From positions 55,411 through 119,410 of the forward strand of contig CBDIRC010000002.1 of assembly GCA_965284095.1 (NCBI GenBank): DNA of 64,000 bases, in the 5' to 3' direction. Position numbers and translations under genes: made by a program. Positions 19,949 to 30,292 of the stretch are shown here, piece by piece; positions within the stretch are counted from its first letter, which is position 1; the number at the start of each line of letters is the position of its first letter. A model generated the notes under the pieces. It did not search any database. It was not told the origin of the DNA and saw only the letters and a list, made by a program, of their open reading frames with translations. Source of the stretch: Sediminibacterium sp. GTDB lineage: Bacteria > Bacteroidota > Bacteroidia > Chitinophagales > Chitinophagaceae.

Positions 19949-20542
19949 ATGGCAAGGATTAAAATAGAAAAAAACAGCTCTCGCAAAGAGGTAATCGTTA
20001 GTAAAGCAGCTGCTCTTTTTAGAGAAAAAGGGTTTAAAGCTGCTAGTATGAGAGATCTGGCCGAATCGGTTGGGGTGGAAGCGGCCAGCTTGTACAATCA
20101 TATAAAGTCTAAAACCGAACTGCTTCATGAAATTTGTTTTGGAGTAGCCAATCGGTTTATGCATAAAATGGATGAGGTGGAATCAGGTTCTATCAGTGCC
20201 ATTGAAAAAGTAGAGCAATTGATCCGTTTTCATATTGATGAAATGGTGAACCATTACGAAGAAGTTTATGTTAGTGACCGGGAATGGAAACATTTGGCTG
20301 ACCCTTATTTATCCAATTTTCAAACGCAAAGAAGAATGTATAGGAAGCGTTTTGCTGCAATCATCGAAGAAGGAATTCGCAATAAAGAAATTAAAAAAAT
20401 TGATGCTCCTACTGCTGTGTTGATTCTTTTACATGCAATTGGTGGTATTGAAAGTTGGCATAGGTCTACCCAAAAAATAAATGCTTCGAACCTCACAGAT
20501 AATATGATTACCATTTTAGTAGGTGGCTTGGAACTGAAATAG
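19949..20542 (+). CDS. TetR/AcrR-family transcriptional regulator (likely paa regulator)
   Basis: N-terminal HTH FREKGFKAASMRDLAESVGVEAASLYNHIKSK. Directly upstream of the paa genes. Confidence 0.85.
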   Translation: MARIKIEKNSSRKEVIVSKAAALFREKGFKAASMRDLAESVGVEAASLYNHIKSKTELLHEICFGVANRFMHKMDEVESGSISAIEKVEQLIRFHIDEMVNHYEEVYVSDREWKHLADPYLSNFQTQRRMYRKRFAAIIEEGIRNKEIKKIDAPTAVLILLHAIGGIESWHRSTQKINASNLTDNMITILVGGLELK

Positions 20543-20565
20543 AACGAATTGCTTAAGCATCAACT

Positions 20566-21639
20566 ATGAACCATTTTGAAACTCTCTCTATCAATGATAT
20601 TCGTAAAGAAACCAATGATTGTGTTTCTATAGCATTCGATTTACCTGAATCTGTAACTGAACAATTTCATTATACACAAGGTCAATACATTACACTTAAA
20701 ACCGTTATCAATGGTGAATCGGTAAGACGCTCTTATTCCATTTGCAGTAGTCCACTCGACAAGGAATTAAGAGTTGCTATCAAAAAAGTGCCTGGTGGAA
20801 TTTTTTCCAGTTACGCCAATGATGTTTTACAAAAAGGAGATACGCTAGAAGTAATGCCTCCAAACGGAAAATTCTTCACCCCATTAAATGCAGACAATAA
20901 GAATAAATACATTGCATTTGCATCAGGAAGTGGAATTACTCCGATTATATCCATCATTAAAACGACCCTTCAAACCGAAGCTGGCAGCAGTTTTACTTTG
21001 ATCTATGGAAATAAAAATCGGCATTCAATCATTTTTAAAGAGCAACTAGAAGCCCTCAAGAATACCTATATGGGTAGATTGAGTATTGTATATATTTTAT
21101 CGAGAGAAAAAACAGATGCTTCTATCCATTTTGGAAGAATAGATGCCAACAAAGCTGAATTGCTTTGCAATCATATAATTGAACCATTATCTGCAGCAGG
21201 TATATTTTTATGTGGCCCTTCTGAAATGATTTTTAGTGTAAAAGAATATTTAGAAAAAATAGGAGTTGCTCCTAAAAAGATCCACTTTGAATTATTTGGT
21301 GTAGGAGAAAAGCAAAAATCATCATCAAAAAATATTGCAAGTTCTTCGCATGAAGTAAAAAGCAAAATTACCATTCAGCAAGATGGAGTTGCTTTTGATT
21401 TTGAATTGGGCTTTGATGGCGAAAGTATCTTAGAAGCTGCATTGAAACATGGAGCAGATTTACCTTTTGCATGTAAAGGAGGAGTGTGTTGCACATGTAA
21501 GGCAAAACTTATAGAAGGTGAAGTAGACATGGATATAAATTATGGTTTAGAGCAAGAAGAAATTGAACATGGATTCATTCTAACTTGTCAGAGCCATCCA
21601 AGAACAGAGAAAATTGTAATTGATTTTGATACCAAATAA
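20566..21639 (+). CDS. paaE: Phenylacetyl-CoA epoxidase reductase subunit PaaE
   Basis: FNR-like RSYSICS FAD motif, GSGITP NAD motif and C-terminal plant-type 2Fe-2[10 protein letters not shown]. Confidence 0.85.
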   Translation: MNHFETLSINDIRKETNDCVSIAFDLPESVTEQFHYTQGQYITLKTVINGESVRRSYSICSSPLDKELRVAIKKVPGGIFSSYANDVLQKGDTLEVMPPNGKFFTPLNADNKNKYIAFASGSGITPIISIIKTTLQTEAGSSFTLIYGNKNRHSIIFKEQLEALKNTYMGRLSIVYILSREKTDASIHFGRIDANKAELLCNHIIEPLSAAGIFLCGPSEMIFSVKEYLEKIGVAPKKIHFELFGVGEKQKSSSKNIASSSHEVKSKITIQQDGVAFDFELGFDGESILEAALKHGADLPFACKGGVCCTCKAKLIEGEVDMDINYGLEQEEIEHGFILTCQSHPRTEKIVIDFDTK

Positions 21640-21647
21640 TCGTTCAA

Positions 21648-22574
21648 ATGGAAAATATTTTTCAAGACAAAATCGATAAAGAAATTAGAATTGAACCGAA
21701 AGATTGGATGCCGGAAAAATACCGCCAGACATTGATTCGACAAATTTCTCAACATGCGCATAGTGAGATCATTGGTATGTTGCCAGAAGGCAATTGGATC
21801 ACTCGTGCTCCATCTCTCAAAAGAAAAGCAATTTTGATTGCCAAAGTCCAGGATGAAGCTGGTCATGGTTTATACTTATATAGCGCAGCTGAAACATTAG
21901 GCATCAGCAGAGATGAAATGTATGATCAATTACATACAGGCAAAGCAAAATACTCTTCCATTTTTAACTATCCTACCCTCAGTTGGGCTGATATGGGAGT
22001 AATTGGCTGGTTGGTAGATGGAGCTGCCATTATGAACCAAGTGCCATTATGCAGAAGTAGTTTCGGGCCCTATGCAAGAGCCATGGTGAGAGTATGTAAG
22101 GAAGAAAGTTTTCACCAACGTCAGGGATTTGAAATTTTATATGTGTTGAGCAAAGGGACCACCGCCCAACGTAAAATGGCACAGGATGCTATTAATAGAT
22201 GGTGGTGGCCAAGCATTATGATGTTTGGACCTAAAGACGATGAGAGCCCCAATAGTATTCAGAGTATGAAGTGGAAAATAAAACGCTTCAGTAATGATGA
22301 ACTTCGCCAGAAATTTATTGATGTATGCGCAGAACAAGTAAAAGTGTTGGGCTTTACTTTACCAGATAAAGATTTGAAATGGAATGAAGAAAGAGGTCAT
22401 TATGATTTTGGCGAAATTAACTGGGATGAATTTTGGCAAGTGATTGCTGGAAATGGACCTTGTAATAAAGAAAGATTGGATACCAGAAAAAAAGCCTGGG
22501 CAGATGGTGAATGGGTAAGAGCTGCAGCTACTGCACATGCCGCAAAAAAATCAAATAAAAAAGTCGCTGCATAA
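21648..22574 (+). CDS. paaA: 1,2-phenylacetyl-CoA epoxidase subunit A
   Basis: Ferritin-like di-iron ExxH motifs (DEAGH, EESFH). Length 308 aa. Confidence 0.9.
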   Translation: MENIFQDKIDKEIRIEPKDWMPEKYRQTLIRQISQHAHSEIIGMLPEGNWITRAPSLKRKAILIAKVQDEAGHGLYLYSAAETLGISRDEMYDQLHTGKAKYSSIFNYPTLSWADMGVIGWLVDGAAIMNQVPLCRSSFGPYARAMVRVCKEESFHQRQGFEILYVLSKGTTAQRKMAQDAINRWWWPSIMMFGPKDDESPNSIQSMKWKIKRFSNDELRQKFIDVCAEQVKVLGFTLPDKDLKWNEERGHYDFGEINWDEFWQVIAGNGPCNKERLDTRKKAWADGEWVRAAATAHAAKKSNKKVAA

Positions 22575-22644
22575 CTCAATAACCCAATAACTGAATTAAC
22601 CCAATCAACCAATAACCAATAACTAATAACTAATAACCAATAAC
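22571..22644 (+). repeat. AATAAC-core 7-9 nt tandem array between paaA and paaB
   Basis: ataactc aataacc caataact gaattaacc caatcaacc aataacc aataact aataact aataacc aataaca. Confidence 0.85.
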
Positions 22645-22649
22645 ATTTT

Positions 22650-23018
22650 ATGTCATATTCTATAATTAAACTTTACTACGGTGATTATGGTGAAGCCAAA
22701 AACGGCGCAGCCGATATATCTACCAATAATCAATCAAAAGAGGAATGGCCTTTGTGGGAAATATTTATCAGAAGCAAACAAGGGCTGGATCATAAACATG
22801 CAGGTAGCTTGCACGCAGCTGATGCAGCCATGGCCATAGAAAACGCCCGAGATGTTTATACCAGGCGCATGGAAGGTGTAAGTATTTGGGCTATTGAAAG
22901 CAAATATATTCATGCAAGTAATCCTGAAGAATCCGGATCCTTATACGATCCTGCAAATGACAAAGCATACAGGCATCCTACATTTTACGATTTGCCTGAA
23001 GAAGTAAAATACATGTAA
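22650..23018 (+). CDS. paaB: 1,2-phenylacetyl-CoA epoxidase subunit B
   Basis: EWPLWEIFIRSKQGLDHKHAGSLHA...ARDVYTRR PaaB signature. The N-terminal ~30 aa extension is uncertain. Confidence 0.85.
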   Translation: MSYSIIKLYYGDYGEAKNGAADISTNNQSKEEWPLWEIFIRSKQGLDHKHAGSLHAADAAMAIENARDVYTRRMEGVSIWAIESKYIHASNPEESGSLYDPANDKAYRHPTFYDLPEEVKYM

Positions 23019-23762
23019 ATGAAAATGCTGAATAAAATAGATTACTTATTACACCTTGCTGATAATGCCTTGATTATTGGGCACCGATGCAGTGAATGGT
23101 GTGGTCACGGGCCTGTACTAGAACAAGATATTGCCATTTCGAATATTGCATTGGATTATATCGGACAAGCAAGGAATTTGTATCAGTATGCAGCTGAACT
23201 GATTAACAGTAAAAATGATCCATCATTGGGTTTTATTTTACCTGCAACTGAAGATAGTTTGGCCTATTTAAGAGATACGACCGACTTTAAAAATCATCTG
23301 CTATTAGAACTACCTAATGGAGATTGGGCAGTTACCACATTGAGGCTATTTTTATTTAGCAGTTACCAGTATTTTTTATACAACGAATTAATAAAAAATG
23401 AGGACACTCAACTAAGTGCCATTGCAGAGAAATCTTTAAAAGAAGTTACTTATCATGTAAGATGGAGTGGGGATTGGGTGATACGTTTAGGCGATGGTAC
23501 AGATGAAAGTAAAAATAAAATAGAAAAAGCAATTGACTATTTGTGGCCATATACAGGAGAATTATTTTCGGGAAATGATGAGTCAATTGAATTGAATTGG
23601 AATAAAAAACTAGCATCTATATTTAATGAAGCAACATTAATGATACCTGAAAATAAATGGATGCAAGAAGGTGGCCTAAATGGAATGCATACAGAACATT
23701 TAGGATTTATTTTAGCTGAAATGCAACATTTACAAAGAGCTTATCCGAATAGTGAATGGTAA
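23019..23762 (+). CDS. paaC: 1,2-phenylacetyl-CoA epoxidase subunit C
   Basis: LLHLADNALIIGHRCSEWCGHGPVLEQDIA block. The ATG abuts the paaB stop. Length 247 aa. Confidence 0.8.
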   Translation: MKMLNKIDYLLHLADNALIIGHRCSEWCGHGPVLEQDIAISNIALDYIGQARNLYQYAAELINSKNDPSLGFILPATEDSLAYLRDTTDFKNHLLLELPNGDWAVTTLRLFLFSSYQYFLYNELIKNEDTQLSAIAEKSLKEVTYHVRWSGDWVIRLGDGTDESKNKIEKAIDYLWPYTGELFSGNDESIELNWNKKLASIFNEATLMIPENKWMQEGGLNGMHTEHLGFILAEMQHLQRAYPNSEW

Positions 23763-23794
23763 CCCACCCCCCAGCCCCCTAAAGGGGGAGTTTT

Positions 23795-24328
23795 ATGAAT
23801 GCAGAAAATAAAAATATTATCTTATCAGAAAAATTAACAGCAGATGCTGTATGGGCTGTTCTTAAAACAATCAATGATCCTGAAATTCCTGTTTTATCCA
23901 TTACCGATTTAGGAGTTATAAGAAATGTTAGCATTCAAAATCAAACAGATTCAAGTGAACCAATAATTACCATCACTATCACACCAACTTATTCAGGATG
24001 TCCTGCAATGGATTTAATTAGAGTTCAAATTAATATGGCGATGATAGCTGCAGGATTCCATCAAACAAAAATTGAGCAATCACTCTCTCCTGCTTGGACT
24101 ACCGATTGGATTACCGAAAATGGCAAACAACAATTAAAAGCTTATGGTATTGCGCCTCCTGTAGGAAAAAGCTTTGATAATGTTTATTTAGAAGATCTTC
24201 AAATCGAATGCCCGCAATGCAATTCAACCAATACTCAACTCATTTCTGCATTTGGAAGTACTGCGTGCAAGGCTTTGTTTAAATGCAATGATTGTAAAGA
24301 ACCTTTTGATTATTTTAAATGCCACTAA
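23795..24328 (+). CDS. paaD: Phenylacetate-CoA oxygenase subunit PaaD (DUF59/Fe-S assembly-like)
   Basis: DPEIPVLSITDLGVI DUF59 motif and C-terminal Cys pairs (CPQC...CNDC). Confidence 0.8.
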   Translation: MNAENKNIILSEKLTADAVWAVLKTINDPEIPVLSITDLGVIRNVSIQNQTDSSEPIITITITPTYSGCPAMDLIRVQINMAMIAAGFHQTKIEQSLSPAWTTDWITENGKQQLKAYGIAPPVGKSFDNVYLEDLQIECPQCNSTNTQLISAFGSTACKALFKCNDCKEPFDYFKCH

Positions 24329-24348
24329 TAAATAAAAGTTGGTGATTT

Positions 24349-25377
24349 TTATTTATCATTAAATGGCAGAATGTCAGAAGTTTGTTTTAACACTTTTGGT
24401 GCTTTCAATCTAAATCCAACATAAAAAAATGCCCCATAAAAAAACCGAGCATCTCTATTGAGGCCTGATTTAGATCCATACCGTTGATTATATGCCGCAA
24501 AACCCGCAAACCATCTATCTGCAGTATACCCAATACCAGATCTAAGATAATACCCTGTAGTTAACTCAGTTGAATTACTTGATACTAATTGTAAATTAGC
24601 ATTGTATGTACTTGAATTATAAAATGCTATTCCAAGCATCGGGCCTGCAATTCCTGAAACATACCATTTTTTTGCAAATGCAATGGTTGCTGCAACCGGA
24701 AAATTAAAGGTAACGTCTACTAAATTATTGTCTTTCCCAATACCTGCAGCCACTACTGGATTTTCTTGAAAGAAATGAATATAAGCAATAGCAGCACCTG
24801 GTATAAAACTAAACGAATTTCGGGTTTGCAATGTTCTGCCAGAATAAATATTATCAATAGAAAACTGTTTATTGGTATTGTAAGAAGTATGTAAACTTAC
24901 TACCTGGGTATTTAATTCAGGTAATTGGATAACCTCTCCTTGAGAAGCTGTATTTGCAGTAAAATCAATACTATTTTTTACATAATACCCCCTCGCAGTT
25001 TGTAAACTCAGATCAAAATTAAATTGCTTTATTTTAAAGGATGCTCCCAGCTCCTTTCGGTAATGATTTGGTTGATTATTAATGTCTGATACTGGAAATA
25101 ATGAAAAAGTATAGCGTAAATTGATTTGTCTAAATTCCATTTTTATAAACTGCTGAATAGTTACTTCTGGGCTAATGATAATTCTAGCTTTTCCAGTAGG
25201 GTTAGCAATAATAAACTCTGCATTGTTCATTTGTGTACCTGTAGATAAATTCAGTTTATTTCGAAAGCTTTTGATAAATAAAGAATCTGGTAGACTTCTA
25301 TCAACATTAAAAAAGCCTTGAGCAAAGAGTATTTGGTTGAGAAATATAAATTGTACTATAATCAACCATTTTTTCAT
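24349..25377 (-). CDS. Predicted outer-membrane beta-barrel protein of unknown function (possibly DUF4421-like)
   Basis: Signal peptide MKKWLIIVQFIFLNQILFAQ. Alternating hydrophobic/aromatic strands throughout. No catalytic motif recognised. Confidence 0.4.
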   Translation of the reverse strand: MKKWLIIVQFIFLNQILFAQGFFNVDRSLPDSLFIKSFRNKLNLSTGTQMNNAEFIIANPTGKARIIISPEVTIQQFIKMEFRQINLRYTFSLFPVSDINNQPNHYRKELGASFKIKQFNFDLSLQTARGYYVKNSIDFTANTASQGEVIQLPELNTQVVSLHTSYNTNKQFSIDNIYSGRTLQTRNSFSFIPGAAIAYIHFFQENPVVAAGIGKDNNLVDVTFNFPVAATIAFAKKWYVSGIAGPMLGIAFYNSSTYNANLQLVSSNSTELTTGYYLRSGIGYTADRWFAGFAAYNQRYGSKSGLNRDARFFYGAFFYVGFRLKAPKVLKQTSDILPFNDK

Positions 25378-25437
25378 ATTGTTGAAGGTAAAAAATTAGA
25401 TTAACTTGCCCTTGAATTAATCTCTAAAAATTTATCA

Positions 25438-26214
25438 ATGTCTTCTATACTATTATCCATTGAGAATGGAATTGCAACCATCACCCTAAATAGACCCGAT
25501 AAGCTTAACTCATTTAATAGAGAAATGGCTTTATTGCTTCAACAAATATTAGATGACTGTGCAATAGATCAATCCATTCGTTGTATAGTATTAACGGGTG
25601 CAGGTAAAGGATTTTGTGCAGGTCAGGATTTGGCTGAAGTGGTTGACCCCAATGGTCCTGGAATGCAAAGAATTTTAAGCGAGCATTATAACCCAATAAT
25701 CGAAAGAATAAGGAATCTGCAAAAACCAGTTCTAGCTGCTGTAAACGGAGTAGCTGCAGGTGCTGGAGCCAATTTAGCTTTTGCATGTGATGTGGTAGTA
25801 AGTATTTCATCAGCATCTTTTATTCAAGCATTCTCTAAAATTGGTTTGATACCAGACAGTGGAGGCACTTATACCCTTCCTCGTTTGATTGGTTTTCAGA
25901 GAGCAAGCGCATTGATGATGTTAGGAGATAAAATTGGTGCTGATGAAGCACTTAAAATGGGAATGCTGTACAAAGTATTTGACGAATCTGTTTTTTTGGA
26001 TGAAACAAAAAAAATAGCATCAACCTTGGCACAGATGCCTACAAAAGCCTTGGCTTATATTAAAGAAGCATTGAATGCATCATCTACCAATAATTTAACC
26101 CAACAGTTAGCACTTGAAGACAAGCTACAACAAAAAGCAGCTGGGACCAACGATTTCAAAGAAGGTGTAGAAGCATTTTTAGCTAAAAGAGCTCCTGTGT
26201 ATAGAGGCAATTAA
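25438..26214 (+). CDS. paaG: Enoyl-CoA hydratase/isomerase (PaaG-like)
   Basis: Crotonase fold GAGKGFCAGQDL, AAVNGVAAGAG. Sits in paa context. Confidence 0.75.
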   Translation: MSSILLSIENGIATITLNRPDKLNSFNREMALLLQQILDDCAIDQSIRCIVLTGAGKGFCAGQDLAEVVDPNGPGMQRILSEHYNPIIERIRNLQKPVLAAVNGVAAGAGANLAFACDVVVSISSASFIQAFSKIGLIPDSGGTYTLPRLIGFQRASALMMLGDKIGADEALKMGMLYKVFDESVFLDETKKIASTLAQMPTKALAYIKEALNASSTNNLTQQLALEDKLQQKAAGTNDFKEGVEAFLAKRAPVYRGN

Positions 26215-26235
26215 GACATATTAAATGACCCAATA

Positions 26236-26646
26236 ATGAACCCAAAAGATGTAGTCAACCACATGCTAATAACTGATGCCTTTTCTAATTGGTTAGGTAT
26301 AGAAGTAATTGAGATTAAAGAGGGTTACAGTAAAATTAAGATGACTGTTCGTTCTGAAATGTTGAATGGATTAGGAATTGTGCATGGTGGAATTGCATTT
26401 TCTTTAGCTGATAGCGCCTTTGCATTCGCTTGTAATAGTAGAAATAATTTATCAGTAGCCCTTGATACATCCATTAATTTTATTAAGGCTGTTCATATCG
26501 GTGATATACTTGTTGCAGAAGCAATAGAAATGCATAATGGAAGAAGTACTGGCTTATACCAAATTACCATCACCAACCAAGAACAGCAAACTATTGCATT
26601 ATTTAAAGGAACCTGTTTTAGAACTGGCAAGACAGTTGTTCAATAA
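26236..26646 (+). CDS. paaI: Hydroxyphenylacetyl-CoA thioesterase (hotdog fold)
   Basis: LNGLGIVHGGIAFSLADSAFA PaaI/4HBT signature. Length 136 aa. Confidence 0.8.
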   Translation: MNPKDVVNHMLITDAFSNWLGIEVIEIKEGYSKIKMTVRSEMLNGLGIVHGGIAFSLADSAFAFACNSRNNLSVALDTSINFIKAVHIGDILVAEAIEMHNGRSTGLYQITITNQEQQTIALFKGTCFRTGKTVVQ

Positions 26647-26655
26647 TCGTATTTT

Positions 26656-27249
26656 ATGATATATGCTTTCAAAGGATTTATACCAGTGATACATGAATCT
26701 TCATTCATTCATCCACAGGCTGCAGTTACCGGAAATGTAATCATTGGTAAAAATGTATATGTTGGACCTGGAGCTGCTATTCGTGGAGATTGGGGTGCCA
26801 TTATTATTGAAGATGGTTGTAATGTGCAGGAGAACTGCACCATTCATATGTTTCCTGGCACAACTGTTTTATTAAAAGAAAATGCACATATTGGCCATGG
26901 CGCAATTATTCACGGAGCTACTATTGGAAAAAATTGTTTGATCGGAATGAATAGTGTTATAATGGATAATGTGATCCTGGGAGATGAATCGATTGTTGGT
27001 GCATTGAGTTTTGTGAAAGCTGATGAAATAATTGAAGCAAGAACATTGTTAGCTGGCAACCCAGCTAAAAAAATAAAAGATGTTTCCGACGAAATGATCA
27101 ATTGGAAAACAAAGGGGACCCAACTTTACCAATCTCTACCGGAAGAAATGAAAAAATATTGGATGGAAGCTGTTCCACTCAGGGAAATTCCTGAAAATCG
27201 CCCTCCTCAAGAAAATCTTTATCAGACTTGGAATGAGCTGAAAAAATAG
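26656..27249 (+). CDS. paaY: Hexapeptide-repeat (left-handed beta-helix) protein, PaaY/gamma-carbonic-anhydrase-like
   Basis: Repeated [LIV]G-x4 hexapeptides. Last gene of the paa block. Confidence 0.6.
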   Translation: MIYAFKGFIPVIHESSFIHPQAAVTGNVIIGKNVYVGPGAAIRGDWGAIIIEDGCNVQENCTIHMFPGTTVLLKENAHIGHGAIIHGATIGKNCLIGMNSVIMDNVILGDESIVGALSFVKADEIIEARTLLAGNPAKKIKDVSDEMINWKTKGTQLYQSLPEEMKKYWMEAVPLREIPENRPPQENLYQTWNELKK

Positions 27250-27278
27250 CTCAAATTACAAAGTTGTATATTTGCAAT

Positions 27279-28277
27279 GTGTCAGAAAGAAACAACTTCA
27301 TAGATTATATTAGAATTTTTGCCAGAAGCGGCCACGGTGGTGCAGGGGTAAAGCATTTTATGCGCAATAAACTTACTGCCATGGGTGGACCTGATGGTGG
27401 AGATGGTGGACGTGGTGGCCATATTATTTTAAGAGGCAATAGCAATACTTGGACATTATTGCATTTACGTTATTTCAAGAACGTCCTAGCTGAAAATGGA
27501 GAGAATGGAAGTAAAGACAATTGTACAGGAAGAGATGGAAAAGACATTTATATAGATGTTCCTCTTGGTACTATTGCACGTGATGAAGAAACTGGGAAAA
27601 AAGAAGCAGAAATTTTAGAAGACGGACAAGAATATATTTGGATGCGTGGGGGAAGAGGAGGTTTAGGTAATAGTAATTTTGCTACGCCAACCAACCAAGT
27701 ACCCGAACATGCACAACCAGGGGAGCCCGGTGTAGAAGGTTGGAAAAATTTAGAGTTGAAAGTGCTGGCAGATGTGGGTTTGGTAGGATTCCCCAATGCA
27801 GGAAAATCTACTTTACTTTCTTCTATAACTGCTGCAAGACCAAAAATTGCAAATTACGCATTCACTACTTTAACTCCGCAATTAGGTATGGTTGCCTATA
27901 GAGATCAGCAATCATTTTGTATCGCCGATTTACCTGGAATTATTGAAGGTGCTGCTGAAGGGAAAGGATTGGGTCATCGTTTTTTAAGACATATAGAGCG
28001 AAATTCAGTTTTACTTTTTTTAATCCCAGCAGATAGCAATGACCACAAAAAAGAATTTGACATTCTGCAACAAGAATTAAAATCATACAATCCAGAAATG
28101 CTTGATAAAGATTTTATCATTGCTATTAGTAAAAGTGACATGTTGGATGATGAGTTGAAAGAAGCTATTAGTAAAGAATTGCCAACTGGCATTCCACACT
28201 TATTTATTTCATCTGTTACTAATAAAGGATTGATAGAATTAAAAGATCTTCTTTGGGAAACCTTGAATAAATCTTAA
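27279..28277 (+). CDS. obgE: GTPase ObgE/CgtA
   Basis: Gly-rich Obg fold ([19 protein letters not shown]). G1 [10 protein letters not shown]3 DLPG. In-frame GTG at 27279 gives (M)SERNNFIDY. Confidence 0.9.
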   Translation: MSERNNFIDYIRIFARSGHGGAGVKHFMRNKLTAMGGPDGGDGGRGGHIILRGNSNTWTLLHLRYFKNVLAENGENGSKDNCTGRDGKDIYIDVPLGTIARDEETGKKEAEILEDGQEYIWMRGGRGGLGNSNFATPTNQVPEHAQPGEPGVEGWKNLELKVLADVGLVGFPNAGKSTLLSSITAARPKIANYAFTTLTPQLGMVAYRDQQSFCIADLPGIIEGAAEGKGLGHRFLRHIERNSVLLFLIPADSNDHKKEFDILQQELKSYNPEMLDKDFIIAISKSDMLDDELKEAISKELPTGIPHLFISSVTNKGLIELKDLLWETLNKS

Positions 28278-28293
28278 GCCGATTAAACTAACA

Positions 28294-29514
28294 CTACCAT
28301 TTTATTTCAAGAGGAGTATTAAAAGCATTATACATCCATTTTTTGGCCTCTTTCTCGAAAAGTTTTTTTGCAAAACCACTTCCTATAAATAAATTCAAAG
28401 AAACATGTTGAATAGACGCAGGAACAATTTTAGCAAAATTGTTATAAAATGTTGTTTCTGTATTTAGCCTATAGGTTGCTTGGTGCTGGTATTGTTGCAT
28501 TGAATTTGCATCAAATTGATTATTAGCCAACGCTTTTTCAGCAAATTGAGCAGCAGCCCAACCAGAAACCATTGCAGAACCTACTCCTTCGCCATTTATA
28601 GGATTAATTAATGATGCAGCATCACCTAATAATAAATAATTATCCCCTACAATATCTCTTTTACCTCCTGCCAATGGCAAGCCCCAGCCTTTAGGACTTT
28701 CCATTCTTTCACAATTTTCAAATCTTGGTGCTAAAACTTTGTCTGTTGTAATGATTTTTTCAAACTCCTTTACTAAATTAAATTTTAGTTTACTGGCATG
28801 ATTACTACCTAGACCCATTCCAACATTGCAGATATTATTAGCTAGAGGAAAAATCCATAAATATCCCAAAGGAATATTTTTCAAATAAAACAACTCAATT
28901 AAATTATCATTTTCAATGCCCTTAATATTTTTACAATACATTCTAACAGCAGCAGCATAATAATTTCTATCAATTTTTCTACTAGTTAATTTCCTGAGAA
29001 CTATTGAATGATCTCCATCAGCTCCTAATAGTAATTTTGTAAAAACTTGATGTGATATGCCTGCTTTTGTATAAGTAACTATAATGCCATCTTTTCTACG
29101 TTCAATGTCAGTTACCGTTGCACCTAATTGAATATCGGCATAGTTTGGGTTTAACTTATTTACAAGAAAAAAATCAAAATCGAAACGTTTAGCAACAAAA
29201 TACATTGCTGAAGGCATATCCTTACTTATAGTATGATGGTAACATTTAGTTTCTTTTCCATTAGGAGCAACAAATTTAACTCCCATTGAAGGATTAAATA
29301 ATTGAGGTTGCAATATCATTTCTTCAACCAGGCTTTTATCATAAGTATTCATTACCCGCATACAAACCGCATCAATTGCATCGCCACAAATTTTATCTCG
29401 TGGAAAAATTGCTTTATCAATTATTGTATGATTAATACCAGCTTTGCTTAAAAACAATGAAGCTGTTGCTCCAGCTGGTCCAGCTCCTATAATGCATACT
29501 GGTGTAGATAACAT
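28294..29514 (-). CDS. FAD-dependent oxidoreductase, geranylgeranyl reductase family
   Basis: VCIIGAGPAGATASLFL dinucleotide-binding motif, GDAASLINPINGEG block. Length 406 aa. Confidence 0.7.
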   Translation of the reverse strand: MLSTPVCIIGAGPAGATASLFLSKAGINHTIIDKAIFPRDKICGDAIDAVCMRVMNTYDKSLVEEMILQPQLFNPSMGVKFVAPNGKETKCYHHTISKDMPSAMYFVAKRFDFDFFLVNKLNPNYADIQLGATVTDIERRKDGIIVTYTKAGISHQVFTKLLLGADGDHSIVLRKLTSRKIDRNYYAAAVRMYCKNIKGIENDNLIELFYLKNIPLGYLWIFPLANNICNVGMGLGSNHASKLKFNLVKEFEKIITTDKVLAPRFENCERMESPKGWGLPLAGGKRDIVGDNYLLLGDAASLINPINGEGVGSAMVSGWAAAQFAEKALANNQFDANSMQQYQHQATYRLNTETTFYNNFAKIVPASIQHVSLNLFIGSGFAKKLFEKEAKKWMYNAFNTPLEIKW

Positions 29515-29791
29515 TGTTTTTATTCGATTTATAGTGTAATATAGAAATAACTATTAGGATTGATAACTATTTAAAACTTTACATTAAGCAATGCTAAAGT
29601 ATAATGCTCGATTAACAATTAGATAACATAGCCTATTAATTTGATAGGGTTACCTTTTTCACCTACTGGTATTAACATGTATAGTGTACACTAAGTAGCT
29701 AACGCTACATTTCGATTATACGTGTTTCGCGTATTCATTTGCTTGCCAAAGTGAGTTGAACAAATTTTTTACACCACAAAAATTATTAAGT

Positions 29792-30220
29792 ATGAAAAAG
29801 CAAATGTTATCTGCTTTCGCAAGAAAGTTTTTCCTAGGAAATATAATGGCAGCAATGTTATTCCTATCTGCGAATGCATCAGTATCACCGGTTCATTTTA
29901 ATTTTGAACCAACAAAAAACAATAAAGCGAATATTACCTACAAAGGTATTGATAGCAATGATTATCTAACTTTTCAGGTTGTTTACAATAACCCTACAGG
30001 AAGTACTTTTAAATTAGTAATTACTGATACTAAGGGCGAATTGTTTTTCAGCGAAAATTATAAAGAGCTTGCTTTCAGCAAAACCTTTAAATTGTACAAA
30101 GAAGACATCAGTAAATTAAATTTCTCTATTCGCGATGCCAAAACTGGCGAATCAGAAAATTTTGATGTAGTAATCAGTGAAAGTGTTACAGAAAAAGTTG
30201 CAGTATCTCGCAAAAATTAA
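29792..30220 (+). CDS. Small secreted hypothetical protein
   Basis: Signal peptide ...AAMLFLSANA after the ATG at 29792. Beta-rich, with no recognised motif. Confidence 0.4.
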   Translation: MKKQMLSAFARKFFLGNIMAAMLFLSANASVSPVHFNFEPTKNNKANITYKGIDSNDYLTFQVVYNNPTGSTFKLVITDTKGELFFSENYKELAFSKTFKLYKEDISKLNFSIRDAKTGESENFDVVISESVTEKVAVSRKN

Positions 30221-30231
30221 TTGATATAAAA

Positions 30232-30268
30232 AAAGAAACTCATTGAAATAATTCAATGAGTTTCTTTT
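30232..30268. terminator. Bidirectional intrinsic terminator
   Basis: aaaaaagaaactcattgaa-ataa-ttcaatgagtttctttt between convergent genes. Confidence 0.75.
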
Positions 30269-30292
30269 AAATACGAATCATTAATAAGCTTA

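Noticed and set aside
23763-23794. GC-rich island cccaccccccagccccctaaagggggag between paaC and paaD
   Set aside because: It has only a 5-bp G:C stem (ccccc-taaa-ggggg) and I saw just one copy in the window. It is probably a small REP-like remnant or spacer, too little to interpret.
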